Assembly (NCBI GenBank): GCA_965218975.1
Contig: OZ244717.1
Span: forward strand, 1,728,001-1,792,000
DNA length: 64,000 nt
Source of the DNA: Candidatus Oxydemutatoraceae bacterium
GTDB taxonomy: Bacteria; Pseudomonadota; Gammaproteobacteria; Poriferisulfidales; Oxydemutatoraceae
Direction of reading: 5' to 3'
Position 1 is the first letter of the stretch, and every line of letters starts with the position of its first letter. Under the pieces are notes generated by a model. That model was given only the letters and a program-made list of their open reading frames with translations. It was not told the origin of the DNA and searched no databases. Made by a program: the position numbers and the translations under genes. This document shows positions 47,276-60,187 of the stretch, one piece after another.

Positions 47276-49696
47276 CTAATGCCTTGCCCAATCTCGCTCT
47301 TTATCCGCCAGAGTAAAGTCTTTATTTTCTTTCAAAGACTCTTCTTTTTTCTCGCTTTTTTTTGGGACCGGCGATCTTTCAAGGGCGATATCGAAAACTT
47401 CCTCAATCCAACGAACCACCCGGATGTTAAGTTTTCTTAGAATGTTTGCCGGAATTTCCTTCAAATCTTTACGATTTTCCTCAGGAATAATCACGGTATC
47501 CACCCCGCCTCTGAGAGCAGCAATCAGTTTTTCTTTCATGCCGCCGATAGGAAGCACCTCGCCTCGGAGAGTGATCTCACCCGTCATCGCGACATTGGCA
47601 CAAACCGGAATCCGTGTTAACTCCGATACTAACGCAGTGCACATCGCAATTCCGGCACTCGGGCCATCCTTAGGTGTCGCGCCCTCCGGAACATGAACAT
47701 GCACATCTTTTTTCTCATAAAATCCTTTATCTATACCTAAAGACTCCGCACGATTACGCACGACTGTCATTGCCGCACTAATTGACTCCTGCATGACATC
47801 TCCAAGCTTTCCGGTCTGGACTAATTTACCTTTACCCGGCACCACAGTCGCTTCAATAGTAAGTAATTCACCGCCAACTTCTGTCCACGCAAGACCTGTA
47901 ACCTGCCCGATTTGATTATTTTCTTCCGCCAAACCATAACGATACCTACGCACACCAAGATACTTTTCCAGATTCCGCGGCGCAATCCGTATCGGACCGG
48001 CTACCGTCTCCTTCTTCAGTAGAATACTTCGTACAACTTTCCGACAAATTTTAGCAATCTCGCGCTCTAAATTACGCACTCCCGCTTCACGAGTATAATA
48101 ACGAATCATATCAATAATCGCAGTTTCGTTGAAATGTATTTCGGTTTTCTTCAAGCCATTATTCTCGAGCTGACGATTAATCAGATAGCGCATTGCAATA
48201 ATCTTTTTTTCATCTTCCGTGTAGCCCGCAAGACGAATTACTTCCATTCGGTCTAGTAAAGGCTGAAGGATGTTCATGCCATTGGCAGTGCACACGAACA
48301 TAACATCCGATAAGTCGAAATCAACCTCCAAGTAATGATCTTGAAAGGTCGCATTCTGCTCGGGGTCTAAAACCTCCAGCAAAGCGGATGCCGGATCACC
48401 ACGAAAATCCATCGCCATCTTGTCCACTTCATCAAGTAAAAACAACGGATTCCTAACTCCAACTTTGGCAAGGTTTTGGATAAATTTTCCAGGCATTGAA
48501 CCGATATACGTCCGACGATGACCGCGAATTTCTGCTTCGTCACGGACACCGCCTAGCGACATCCGAGTAAATTTCCGCCCCGTCGCTCGCGCAATCGAAC
48601 GCCCCAACGATGTTTTCCCCACCCCTGGAGGTCCCACTAAACACAGAATGGGTCCCTTGAGTTTCTTGACTCTTTTTTGAACTGCCAAATATTCGGAAAT
48701 TCGTTGCTTTACCTTCTCTAAACCATAGTGATCCTCATCAAGGATTTCTTCAGCCCGCTGTAAACTGGTTTTCAATTTAGTAGATTTTTTCCACGGCACA
48801 TTTACTAGCCAATCGAGATAATTACGCACAACTGTTGCTTCCGCCGACATCGATGACATTAAATCCAGTTTATTTAACTCGGAAGTGGCTTTTGCTTTGA
48901 TATCTTTTGGCATGCCGGACTTTTTGATTTTTGTCTCGTATTCCTCGTGCTCGCCCGGCGCATCTTCATCCAAATTTCCTAATTCTTTCTGAATCGCCTT
49001 CATCTGCTCATTCAGATAATATTCGCGCTGACTCTTCTCCATTTGTTGCTTGACGTGACCGCGAATACGCCTTTCAATCCGCATAATATCCGACTCGCTT
49101 TCAAGTAATGCCAGAAGGTATTCCAAACGCTCGCATTGCCCATTGAGCTCCAAAATTTTCTGTTTATATTCAATCTTGACCGGAATATTAGCGGCAATCG
49201 TATCTACCAAACGCACCGGATCATCAATACTTGAAATCACACTTAAAATTTCCTGCGAGGTTTTCTGATATGCCTTTACGTACTGGGTAAACTGTGTCAC
49301 AACCGAGCGCATGAGCGCATCTAAATGCTTCTGATCTGTGGACGGAACGATGGTAAGCAATTTATATTCCGCTGACAAATAATCTTCATTATCCTGAAAA
49401 CGGACCACCTCAACACGCTTCTCTCCTTCAACTAAAACCTTGATGGTGCCATCCGGCAATTTCAGCAATTGTAGGATAGATGCAATGGATCCGGCGTGAT
49501 AAATTTCATCAAGATCGGGATCGTCAACTCCTGGATTTTTCTGCGTTAAAAGTATAATTTTCTTGTTTTTCTCCATAGCAATATCGAGAGCCGCAACCGA
49601 TTTCTCACGTCCGACAAACAGCGAAGTCACCATATTGGGATAAACTACGACATCACGCAGTGGAAGTACCGGAAAAATTAAAGAGTCTTTTGACAT
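47276..49696 (-). CDS. lon: Lon protease
   Basis: PVLPLRDVVVYP, GPPGVGKTS, PKDGPSAG. Confidence 0.98.
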   Translation of the reverse strand: MSKDSLIFPVLPLRDVVVYPNMVTSLFVGREKSVAALDIAMEKNKKIILLTQKNPGVDDPDLDEIYHAGSIASILQLLKLPDGTIKVLVEGEKRVEVVRFQDNEDYLSAEYKLLTIVPSTDQKHLDALMRSVVTQFTQYVKAYQKTSQEILSVISSIDDPVRLVDTIAANIPVKIEYKQKILELNGQCERLEYLLALLESESDIMRIERRIRGHVKQQMEKSQREYYLNEQMKAIQKELGNLDEDAPGEHEEYETKIKKSGMPKDIKAKATSELNKLDLMSSMSAEATVVRNYLDWLVNVPWKKSTKLKTSLQRAEEILDEDHYGLEKVKQRISEYLAVQKRVKKLKGPILCLVGPPGVGKTSLGRSIARATGRKFTRMSLGGVRDEAEIRGHRRTYIGSMPGKFIQNLAKVGVRNPLFLLDEVDKMAMDFRGDPASALLEVLDPEQNATFQDHYLEVDFDLSDVMFVCTANGMNILQPLLDRMEVIRLAGYTEDEKKIIAMRYLINRQLENNGLKKTEIHFNETAIIDMIRYYTREAGVRNLEREIAKICRKVVRSILLKKETVAGPIRIAPRNLEKYLGVRRYRYGLAEENNQIGQVTGLAWTEVGGELLTIEATVVPGKGKLVQTGKLGDVMQESISAAMTVVRNRAESLGIDKGFYEKKDVHVHVPEGATPKDGPSAGIAMCTALVSELTRIPVCANVAMTGEITLRGEVLPIGGMKEKLIAALRGGVDTVIIPEENRKDLKEIPANILRKLNIRVVRWIEEVFDIALERSPVPKKSEKKEESLKENKDFTLADKERDWARH

Positions 49697-49844
49697 AACA
49701 TCTCCGTATAATTAAAGTAAGTCACTCAGCTATAATGGGTAACCAATAGTGAAAATCAAGTGCTCTCACACCGCCAAAAACTATTCACATGCTCGTCGTA
49801 TCAAAAATATTGTAAGAACTTTCTATTACTAGCTGCCAATTCTT

Positions 49845-51131
49845 TCATCCGTACTGTTCCGAATCCTGCGAATTTACTTCTTCCGATTCCCGCCCTTGAT
49901 GAATCATCAACGGAGAATGATCGCCCTCGACCGCGCCTTTATCAACAATAACACTTTCGACGCGCCCCATCGACGGCAATTGGTACATCGTATCAAGCAA
50001 AATATTTTCTAAAACTGCACGCAGTCCGCGCGCACCGGTTTTAGTCTTCATTGCCTCTTGTGCGATCGCTTGCAGAGCATCTTTTCTAAACTCAAGCTTT
50101 GTGCCTTCCATCCCTAATAGATGAATATATTGGCGGGTAAGCGCATTCTTCGGTTCGGTCAAAATCCTAACCAATAACGCTTCATCCAACTCTTCTAAAA
50201 CTGCCGTTACCGATAAACGACCGACAAATTCCGGAATTAAACCGTAACGGATTAAATCCTCTGCCTCAACCATCTTTAGCGTTTCCACCAACAAATGTGT
50301 ATCATCAACACTTCTGACATCAGCGGAAAAGCCAATCGCGCTATTGTCGCCACGTTCGCGAATAATATGCTCTAACCCGGTAAACGCCCCCCCGCAGATG
50401 AATAAGATATTGCTCGTATCAACTTGGAGAAACTCCTGCTGCGGGTGTTTCCTTCCTCCTTGCGGCGGCACCGATGCTAATGTACCTTCAATCAGTTTAA
50501 GTAGCGCTTGTTGCACTCCTTCACCCGACACATCCCGGGTAATTGAAAGATTATCGGTCTTACGTGATATCTTATCTATTTCATCAATATAAACGATACC
50601 ATTTTTAGCCTTTTCAACGTCATAATCACATTTCTGAAGCAGTTTTTGAATAATATTTTCAACGTCTTCGCCGACATAACCCGCTTCGGTTAACGTCGTC
50701 GCATCGGCAATTGTAAACGGCACATGCAACAAACGCGCGAGAGTTTGTGCCAATAGAGTCTTGCCCGAACCCGTCGGCCCGATCAACAAAATATTACTTT
50801 TACTAATCTCAACAGCGTTCGCATCGTCGGTGTCTTGTGATTTCAAACGCTTGTAATGATTATAAACTGCGACGGATAAAACACGTTTGGCATATTCCTG
50901 CCCGATCACGTATTTATCAAGCGCAATTTTAATTTCTTTAGGTTTTGGCAACGTGAAGTGCCCGTCTGTCGGCGGCGTATGATCTAACTCATCGCGCAAT
51001 ATTTCATTGCATAAATCAACACATTCATTGCATATAAAGATAGAAGGTCCGGCGATCAGTTTGCGGACTTCCTTTTGGCTCTTACGGCAAAAGGAGCAGT
51101 GGATAAGTTTATTCTCTTCACTGTTACCCAT
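49845..51131 (-). CDS. clpX: ATP-dependent Clp protease ATP-binding subunit
   Basis: CSFC...CNEC Zn finger, [22 protein letters not shown] loop. Confidence 0.98.
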   Translation of the reverse strand: MGNSEENKLIHCSFCRKSQKEVRKLIAGPSIFICNECVDLCNEILRDELDHTPPTDGHFTLPKPKEIKIALDKYVIGQEYAKRVLSVAVYNHYKRLKSQDTDDANAVEISKSNILLIGPTGSGKTLLAQTLARLLHVPFTIADATTLTEAGYVGEDVENIIQKLLQKCDYDVEKAKNGIVYIDEIDKISRKTDNLSITRDVSGEGVQQALLKLIEGTLASVPPQGGRKHPQQEFLQVDTSNILFICGGAFTGLEHIIRERGDNSAIGFSADVRSVDDTHLLVETLKMVEAEDLIRYGLIPEFVGRLSVTAVLEELDEALLVRILTEPKNALTRQYIHLLGMEGTKLEFRKDALQAIAQEAMKTKTGARGLRAVLENILLDTMYQLPSMGRVESVIVDKGAVEGDHSPLMIHQGRESEEVNSQDSEQYG

Positions 51132-51207
51132 AGCATATCATTTGATGTTACAGCCCATTATAAACGATTTTCTCATACGATTTTATGCACTATACATGGC
51201 ACCTGCG

Positions 51208-51819
51208 CTAATCGGTCTTCTTTGCCTTCCGCTGTGCCAAAATCTCATCAATCAGTCTATACTTTAATGCTTCTTGCGCTCCCATAAAATAATCGCGTTC
51301 GGTATCCTGCTTAATCTTCTTCAACGGTTGTTTGGTGTGAAACGAGAGCACACGACTCAGTTGATCTTTTAGTTCTAATAGCTCTTTGGCATGAATGTCC
51401 AAATCGGTTGCTTGCCCCTGGAACCCTCCTAAGGGTTGGTGCATCATGATTCTTGAATGCGGTAATGCATAACGCTTACCCTTGCAACCGCCGGCAAGCA
51501 ACAATGCCCCCATGCTCGCCGCCTGACCGATACACAAAGTACTGATATCGGGATGAGTAAATTGCATCGTGTCGTAAATAGACATTCCAGCGCTTACCGA
51601 ACCCCCAGGCGAATTAATGTACAAGGAAATATCCTTGTCGGGATTTTCAGATTCAAGAAATAAAATCTGTGCGACAATTAAATTTGCCATCTGATCCTCT
51701 ATTGGCCCGACGGCAAAAATAACTCGGTCCTTTAACAAACGCGAGTAAATATCGTAAGAACGCTCACCGCGTGAAGTTTGTTCAATAACAAATGGAACAA
51801 GATTCATTCTTGTTATCAT
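51208..51819 (-). CDS. clpP: Clp protease proteolytic subunit
   Basis: [30 protein letters not shown]; start at 51819 follows AAGGAG. Confidence 0.97.
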   Translation of the reverse strand: MITRMNLVPFVIEQTSRGERSYDIYSRLLKDRVIFAVGPIEDQMANLIVAQILFLESENPDKDISLYINSPGGSVSAGMSIYDTMQFTHPDISTLCIGQAASMGALLLAGGCKGKRYALPHSRIMMHQPLGGFQGQATDLDIHAKELLELKDQLSRVLSFHTKQPLKKIKQDTERDYFMGAQEALKYRLIDEILAQRKAKKTD

Positions 51820-51845
51820 AACGTAACTCCTTGGAGATACAATCA

Positions 51846-53168
51846 TTAGGTTTCGGCTATTTCGCTAAAAGTATATTCTTTTGTCCTTAACGTAGCAGTT
51901 TGTAACACATATTGAAATACCATGTCCTGCAATGCCATCAGCCATAGTGAGTATCGTGCTTCTTGATCCCGCCGATAATAATCCTTTGCCTCGGTCGGAT
52001 TTTCGAAATCGGCGGCGATTTCTCCAAGTTTCTCCTCAAAAGCATTGTTATCAACGGATATTCTGTAGCGTTTTGCAATCCTGTCTACAACCAGAAAAGA
52101 CTTTACGTTTTGTTCCGCCTGTTTTTCAAACACACTGTCTTCAATTTTTGCCGCGCTTTCTTTATCTAAGCTCATTGTTGTTACCATCTTCTCACGTAAT
52201 GACCTTACCTCATTGTTAACCATCATCTGCGGAATGGTAAAAGTGTTTCTTTCGATTAGTGCGTTGAAAATCGCTTGCCGCACTCTTTTCTCAATATTCT
52301 TCTTGACACGTTGCTCTATACTCTTGTGCAAAATTTCCCTCAATTTTTTTGCTTCTCTCCGCTCAAGCCCAAACTTTTTAAAGAATTCCAAATTCATTTC
52401 CGCAAGTTTCGACTCCATAACTTCCTCAATCGTGACATCAAAAACTTCGGACTTCGGTCCGGTAAAAAGATGAATTCTGTTCAACAATTTTCTAAACCCA
52501 TTCTCTGTGAGGTCAGGCACCGGCATTTTTACTGTAACTCGTTCGCCTTTTTTGGAGCCAATTAAGTGTTGCCCAATATTTTCTTCAGGCTTTTTTGCAT
52601 CAACCATTAAGGTTAAAGTTTCATCTTTCTTTTTGTGAAATTTAGCGGCAATTCGTTCGGAATGCATCTTAATTTGAATGCGGTCGCCATCTTGAACGGC
52701 ACGTTCCGTTGGCAACCATTCACCATATTGACGGCGGATCTTTAACAAAAAATCCTCAACGTCTTGTTTGGAAATCTCAACGTGCGGCTGCTCAATTTCA
52801 ACCCCTTCAAGTAGCTTAGGCTCAAACTCCGGAAAGACCTCAACTCTTGCGACGAACTTAACATCCTCACCCATTGCCATTCGAATATCCTCAAAATACG
52901 GACTGGTAACCACTTCGATTTTATATTGCTTAATCACATCCGTGTATGCTTGATCAATCATACCGGTTACCACTTCTTGGTATAGCTCCTGACCGTGCAA
53001 ATCGCGTAAAAGCTTTATCGGAACTTTGCCGGGACGGAACCCGGAAATACGTATTTTCTTCCGGAGTTTTTGCAACCGCTCATTAAAAGATCTCTCTACT
53101 TCTTCCACAGCCAATGTAACTTTCAGCCTACGCTCAAGTTCCCCGGTGTTTTGAATCGATACTTCCAT
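51846..53168 (-). CDS. tig: Trigger factor
   Basis: [23 protein letters not shown] ribosome-binding signature; upstream of clpP; the longer ORF start lies inside the tRNA. Confidence 0.92.
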   Translation of the reverse strand: MEVSIQNTGELERRLKVTLAVEEVERSFNERLQKLRKKIRISGFRPGKVPIKLLRDLHGQELYQEVVTGMIDQAYTDVIKQYKIEVVTSPYFEDIRMAMGEDVKFVARVEVFPEFEPKLLEGVEIEQPHVEISKQDVEDFLLKIRRQYGEWLPTERAVQDGDRIQIKMHSERIAAKFHKKKDETLTLMVDAKKPEENIGQHLIGSKKGERVTVKMPVPDLTENGFRKLLNRIHLFTGPKSEVFDVTIEEVMESKLAEMNLEFFKKFGLERREAKKLREILHKSIEQRVKKNIEKRVRQAIFNALIERNTFTIPQMMVNNEVRSLREKMVTTMSLDKESAAKIEDSVFEKQAEQNVKSFLVVDRIAKRYRISVDNNAFEEKLGEIAADFENPTEAKDYYRRDQEARYSLWLMALQDMVFQYVLQTATLRTKEYTFSEIAET

Positions 53169-53195
53169 TCTTTTCCCTTCAACAGGGTGAGCCAG

Positions 53196-53278
<83 letters not shown>

Positions 53279-53362
53279 ACGGGACAAAGCATTATAATTC
53301 GCTTACAAGATTGACCAAAACTCAGCTTTAATTGCCGACAACCAAACGAGCCACTATTCATG

Positions 53363-53683
53363 TCAAAGTGCGGTATTGATAATACGCATGTAATATTGTC
53401 GCCAATTATTACCCATCAGACGCAAATCCTCATTGCTATTCTTAAAATATCGGCGGTTGAGCAAATAAGAAAAATAAGGGATCTTATAAAAAATTGCGGC
53501 GCCAACCATCAAAATGGTCCCGGTCAGCGTTTTATACCGTTCGTACAAAGGAATTTCATTTAGCCAGAAAAGGAATCCTATCGTGCATACGAACGCGGAA
53601 AAAGCCAAAGTTAATAAGCGATTAAATCTATTATGATTCAATCTGATTGTACATAGCCTTTCTATGGCATCCGTCGCCATCAA
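53363..53683 (-). CDS. Hypothetical 2-TM membrane protein
   Basis: ~105-aa ORF with two hydrophobic segments, directly downstream of 16S. Confidence 0.55.
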   Translation of the reverse strand: MMATDAIERLCTIRLNHNRFNRLLTLAFSAFVCTIGFLFWLNEIPLYERYKTLTGTILMVGAAIFYKIPYFSYLLNRRYFKNSNEDLRLMGNNWRQYYMRIINTAL

Positions 53684-53753
53684 CCTAGCTCACAAAAATA
53701 AGTAAGATAATTTGTGTGGATGCTCACATCTTAGCTGGAATCTTTTCTCTTTA

Positions 53754-55306
<1,553 letters not shown>

Positions 55307-55506
55307 AAAATATTTGGCAACTTGCGTTGCCAAAATGGTTTTTTTGATGAAGACCGATCCGAAACTCTATACTGAATTTCAGTTGGCACTTACATCAAAG
55401 TTTAGATTCAGCTTCAACGTAAGCACCCGCACAAATTATCTATCATTAATACTTTATCAAATAACATTGCCAGCCCTACAATTTGAGTCGACAACTAAGG
55501 TTTCTA

Positions 55507-55535
55507 ATCATATAGCAGACAATATACTAAGTCAA
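55507..55535 (-). promoter_or_regulatory. Sigma70 promoter of the 16S gene
   Basis: TTGACT-17 bp-TATGAT on the minus strand, ~200 nt before mature 16S. Confidence 0.7.
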
Positions 55536-55644
55536 GGTGTTGTACGATGCCACCCTAAATGGGATTTTTGAAGGGCTTCGGGGGAAGCGTTCGGCAGTAA
55601 CATTCGGATCGGTGCTTTCTGTCCGTTGCCGGCATGAGGACGGT

Positions 55645-55763
55645 GCAGGGTGAGACGCGCCCGGAAAACCGATCGGTTTTCAGTGGCGAACGACCCGACA
55701 AGGACGTCGGGGCTGGCGCTTATTGACAGAACCAAGTCTCGTCATGGACGACAGGCACTTTGC
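55645..55763 (+). repeat. R repeat copy 9 (tail to 55823)
   Basis: GCAGGGTGAGAC...CACTTTGC. Confidence 0.9.
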
Positions 55764-56132
55764 TGAAAATCCGGCAGCAAACACAAAATGGTTTCATCAG
55801 CTCAAAGACTTTACTGCTGCCGAAATTCTGCCAGGCGCAGGAATGCGGCAGCACTACGGCTATTACAGCGGTTGGTTGCACTGCTATTGCCATTCGGGTA
55901 TAGACATCAATGGCCGTTAAGACGTAGCGGCGCACTCCGTGCTGATAACGCACAATCGTATCCAGGGCGATGCAATGCCCCGGATACTGTGCTTTGAAGT
56001 GTTTCGGCTTGCGTGCCTTGCAACGGCGCTTGAACAGTCGTTTTGTTTGTCCTTTGGCATTCAGCCATTGCGGAATACAGCGCATTTTATCCGGCGCATC
56101 TGCGATCAGGCGCGCAATCGTGCGGACACTCG

Positions 56133-56252
56133 GGCAGGGTGAGATGCGCCGCTGAAAACCGATCGGTTTTCAGCGGCGAACGACTCGACAAGGATGTCGG
56201 GGCTGGGTTCATTCGCAGAACCAAGTTTCGTCACGGACGACAGACACTTTAC
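56133..56252 (+). repeat. R repeat copy 10 (tail to 56312)
   Basis: GGCAGGGTGAGAT...; perfect 32-bp palindrome variant. Confidence 0.9.
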
Positions 56253-56330
56253 TGATAACACGGCAACAAACACAAAACGGTTTCATCAGCTCAAAGATTT
56301 TACTGCTGCCGAGATTCGGATAAGCCTGGC

Positions 56331-56449
56331 GCAGAGTGAGACGCGCCCGGAAAACCGATCGGTTTTCAGCGGCGAACGACTCGACAAGGACGTCGGGGCT
56401 GGCGTTCATTGACAGAACCAAGTCTCGTCATGGACGACAAGCACTTTGC
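56331..56449 (+). repeat. R repeat copy 11
   Basis: GCAGAGTGAGAC...CACTTTGC. Confidence 0.9.
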
Positions 56450-56946
56450 TGACAATCCGCCGACGCTTCTTACGCGGCGCTTTGCCGCGGTCATGCAAGG
56501 CGCTGAGTCCAGTGCGGCGATAACGCCGGCGCCAGCGGTACAAAGTGCTGCGACCGACCTTGAATGCGTTCGGGAGTTACAACCCTCACAAAATAACCGG
56601 GCATCGTGTTTCTGTTGAGCCGTTGTGTTCATAATAGCCTCTATTTTTGAAGCAAAATTGGCTCATATAGAAACCTTTGATGCGGTGGCCGATGTGCTAA
56701 TATTGCATATCGGTTACCTTTTTGAGTCGTGCCGTGAATCCCACATGTATCTGGCACTGTACACCCGGATTTTTTAGGGTTATTTGTCTTTGCGCCTATG
56801 GTAAAGCTTGTTCTTGAGGAGTTTGCACTGTCCTTTGGCGTTGGTTCGGACGGGAATAGTGCGCATTCTATCCGGTGCTACGCATACCGCTTCACTGCTT
56901 TAGCTTGACGCGGCCGCTAGCATAAAAAGCGCCATAAACTCTTCAT

Positions 56947-59055
56947 TCATAAAGTTATTTTTCCCAAAGGTTGCACCGTTATTTCTTGAGTCAACTCTTG
57001 GAAAGACAAAATTGCCAAATCATACAACTCAACCTCAAGCATTTTTCGCACATAACGGCGAATATCCATTGCTGTAACCAACACCGGTTTATTCGCGCGC
57101 CGCGCAATGTCGCCAACCATCTTCTTCGTCTTATCAACAAATTGACGTGTAATCTGGGGGTCCAGAGCAAGATAATTTCCCGACGAAGTCTGACGCACTC
57201 CCCCGCGTATGGATTCTTCCAAATCCTGGTCCAGCAAATATGCCGACAGAATGTTTTGTTCGCTGCTGTATTTATAACTGATATAACGCTTCAAATCACC
57301 GCGCACATATTCCGTTAATAAAACCGTATCCTTTTCTTTTTGCCCCCACTCGACCAATGACTCAAGAACTAAGCGGACATTGCGAATTGAAATATCCTCG
57401 CTGACCAATCGCTGAAAAACATTGGTGGTCAAATGTATCGGTAAAATTCGCTGCACTTCCTTAATCAAGTCCGGAAAAGTCGTTTGCAGTTGGGTAAATA
57501 AGTAATGCGTTTCCTGAATGCCGATAAATTCTTCGGAATACCTCTTCAATACATGCGATAAATGGTAAGTTAACACTTTCGGAAGCTCCATATATGACAC
57601 GTTGGCGGCAACCATCTGTTCTTTATATCGCTCGTCCACCCAGACCGTATCAATGTTAGGCAAAAACTGCTCGCCGTTTTCACTTGGCAATCCCATCACA
57701 TCCAACTGTTCGGAGCTATCGGCATAAAATACATATCCGGGTTTTAAATGCCCCTTTGCCACCGGAACTTCCTGCATCAAAATCGCATAATGCCCCACTG
57801 CCGGCATATTTTCATTAAACCTCAAATGAATACCCGGAAACGGCACGCCGAGGTCTAAGTACAAAGCGCGACGCACCTTAGCGGCCTCTTGATTGAGAAA
57901 ACGCACATCTAAGCCGTCTTGCAAACTCGCTTCAATATCGACCAACAAAGGCACGCCCAATGTTACTTCTTCTTGTCCGGACAATTGCACTCGGGCATCT
58001 TCATCCGATATCGACTTTCGCCGCGTTGACGGAAGCAATGCCGAAATATCGCTATCCTCGGCTTGCTGTTTCCGCTTCTTTATACCGCGCAACAACAGCA
58101 GACCGCCACCGCCCGTAACGATTGCCAGAATCAGAAACGTCGCTGCGGGAAAACCAGGAATCAAGCTGAATGCGACCATCAGACCGCCGGCAACCAGCAA
58201 TGCGCGCGGCTGAGCGCTGAACTGTTGACTGATATCGCTCGCCAAATTTTCGGTTTCTTCGGTACTGACGCGGGTTACGATAATGCCGGCAGTCATCGCG
58301 ATCAATAACGCCGGTATTTGTGCGACCAGACCGTCGCCGATCGTCAAAATCGAATAAACATGCGTTGCTTCGCCAAGTTCCATACCGCGCTGAAAAACCC
58401 CGATGGACAAACCACCAATCAAGTTGATCACAATGATAATCAAACTGGCAATCGCGTCCCCTTTGACAAACTTCATCGCGCCATCCATGGAACCATACAG
58501 TTGACTTTCTTTTTCCACCACCTCCCGCCGGCGTTTCGCTTCAGCCATATCAATGACTCCGGCGCGCATATCGCCGTCGATGCTCATTTGTTTACCGGGC
58601 ATCGCGTCCAAAGAAAAACGCGCGCTGACTTCAGCAACGCGCTCCGCGCCTTTTGTAATGACCAAAAATTGCACAATCGTGATAATTAAAAAGATAACCA
58701 GCCCGACGACAAGGTTTCCGGCAACCACGAAATTGCCAAAGGTATCAATGATCTTCCCGGCATCCGCTTGCAACAACACCAAACGGGTTGTCGTAATCGA
58801 TAATGCCAAACGAAACAAAGTGGATAACAACAACACCGCCGGAAACGCGAAAAACTCCGCGGCGGACGAGATGTACACCGCTAACATCAGCAGAATGATG
58901 GCGATGCTCATGCTCAAACCGATCAAAATGTCGACCAGAACGGTCGGTAACGGCAAGATCATCATAAAGATAATCGCGACCAACAAGGATGCGAGCAATA
59001 CATCTTTGCGTTGGGTAATTTTGTATAGCGCGGCTTGGATATTTTCAGGCAGCAT
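56947..59055 (-). CDS. sctV: T3SS export gate protein (LcrD/YscV)
   Basis: KGAERVAEVSARFSLDAMPGKQMSID, YGSMDGAMKFVKGD, IGDGLVAQIP, EDISIRN; injectisome gene context. Confidence 0.95.
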   Translation of the reverse strand: MLPENIQAALYKITQRKDVLLASLLVAIIFMMILPLPTVLVDILIGLSMSIAIILLMLAVYISSAAEFFAFPAVLLLSTLFRLALSITTTRLVLLQADAGKIIDTFGNFVVAGNLVVGLVIFLIITIVQFLVITKGAERVAEVSARFSLDAMPGKQMSIDGDMRAGVIDMAEAKRRREVVEKESQLYGSMDGAMKFVKGDAIASLIIIVINLIGGLSIGVFQRGMELGEATHVYSILTIGDGLVAQIPALLIAMTAGIIVTRVSTEETENLASDISQQFSAQPRALLVAGGLMVAFSLIPGFPAATFLILAIVTGGGGLLLLRGIKKRKQQAEDSDISALLPSTRRKSISDEDARVQLSGQEEVTLGVPLLVDIEASLQDGLDVRFLNQEAAKVRRALYLDLGVPFPGIHLRFNENMPAVGHYAILMQEVPVAKGHLKPGYVFYADSSEQLDVMGLPSENGEQFLPNIDTVWVDERYKEQMVAANVSYMELPKVLTYHLSHVLKRYSEEFIGIQETHYLFTQLQTTFPDLIKEVQRILPIHLTTNVFQRLVSEDISIRNVRLVLESLVEWGQKEKDTVLLTEYVRGDLKRYISYKYSSEQNILSAYLLDQDLEESIRGGVRQTSSGNYLALDPQITRQFVDKTKKMVGDIARRANKPVLVTAMDIRRYVRKMLEVELYDLAILSFQELTQEITVQPLGKITL

Positions 59056-59066
59056 TTTACCGATTA

Positions 59067-59441
59067 TTATCGACCGGCGCGGCCATCGGTCGCTTCATTA
59101 TAATCTTGATACAGACGTTTCATTTCATCCGCCTGCCCGTTATTTTGCGACATACGTAGCCGCAATAAACGAACAGCGGCATGTTCCGCTTCGGGCAAAG
59201 GCAGCTGTTGAACTTCCCGGATCAATTCGGCGCTTTGCCGCATCTTGCCCTGCAAAAAATAACCGTATGCAAGCATCTTCAAACATTGATGATTAGCGGA
59301 ATCGAAGACACGTAAAAATTCAAGTAAAACTACTGCTTGATCCGGTAAATCCTGTTGCAAATAATTGTATGCCGAGATCAACAACCAATCAATATGTTCT
59401 TCCGTCGGCTCTGAAACGCTCGTCACCGCCATTTTGTTCAT
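59067..59441 (-). CDS. sctY: YscY-like TPR chaperone
   Basis: 124 aa; AYNYLQQ...AVVLLEFL TPR-like pattern; directly upstream of sctV. Confidence 0.7.
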   Translation of the reverse strand: MNKMAVTSVSEPTEEHIDWLLISAYNYLQQDLPDQAVVLLEFLRVFDSANHQCLKMLAYGYFLQGKMRQSAELIREVQQLPLPEAEHAAVRLLRLRMSQNNGQADEMKRLYQDYNEATDGRAGR

Positions 59442-59818
59442 CCTTGAATTAAAGTGCTGCGCCCGATATTGAACGATTGAAAATTCTCCTTCATTACGCC
59501 AAATAAAACTTGTGCCGCCTGCACCGCTTGCCTCTCGGCGCCATTCTTCGGCAGATAGTTGTTGCCAATCGCTTCAATCTCCTCAAACAATCGCGAGTAA
59601 CCGGAAGGTGTCGTCACATACTTATTCGATATTTTAGGTGTCACCATGTTTTCAAGCGCCCGCGCATTAGCGTACAGATTGAACACTTCTTCAAGATGCG
59701 AAGGAATCGACGCGCTAATAGGCAGATAAACTTTTCTTTGTGGAAAATCGCTTTCCGACTCAGCGCTATGACTCACGTAAGAAACCTTTTCAATACCGGT
59801 ATCAAGCGAAACGATCAT
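59438..59818 (-). CDS. sctX: YscX-like protein
   Basis: 126 aa; LDTGIE N-terminus, ends RSTLIQG; overlaps the sctY start. Confidence 0.65.
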   Translation of the reverse strand: MIVSLDTGIEKVSYVSHSAESESDFPQRKVYLPISASIPSHLEEVFNLYANARALENMVTPKISNKYVTTPSGYSRLFEEIEAIGNNYLPKNGAERQAVQAAQVLFGVMKENFQSFNIGRSTLIQG

Positions 59819-60184
59819 TTAACAATTCTCCTTATTCAGCGCTTGCCGAGCTTGCGCGACATCATCGCATAACAAAACGCAGCGCAAAAGCCCGGACAAA
59901 TTCAAAACTTCCCGCACATAACGGCTCACCGCGCACAAGGACAAGCCGACGGCGCATGTTTGCGTATTGAGTTTACGGGCGATTTCCAACAAAACTCTTA
60001 AACCCGCGCTATTGATATAATGCAAGGACTCGCACGATAATATCATGCGTCGGCAACCTTTCTCATATAAAACCGACGCAACATCCCGCAGCTGACTCGC
60101 ATTGGAAAAATCCAAGCTACCGATGAGTTGAACAACAACGATATCCTCCTTTTCTTCCACAATGCGAATGTCTAAATCGCGCAT
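59819..60184 (-). CDS. STAS-domain anti-sigma factor antagonist
   Basis: VVVQLIGSLDFSNA...LHYINSAGLRVL...VREVLNLSGL. Confidence 0.85.
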   Translation of the reverse strand: MRDLDIRIVEEKEDIVVVQLIGSLDFSNASQLRDVASVLYEKGCRRMILSCESLHYINSAGLRVLLEIARKLNTQTCAVGLSLCAVSRYVREVLNLSGLLRCVLLCDDVAQARQALNKENC

Positions 60185-60187
60185 AAT

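Larger units (their letters stand above)
55541..56763 (-). mobile_element. IS481-family relic (subtype A) with both ends, interrupted by three R repeats
   Basis: TGTACGATGCCA...TGGCACTGTACA ends; fragments HIGHRIKGFY, RQAYPNLG, PGHCIALDT, HRPH; catalytic LTDG-RFNRT segment missing. Confidence 0.9.
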
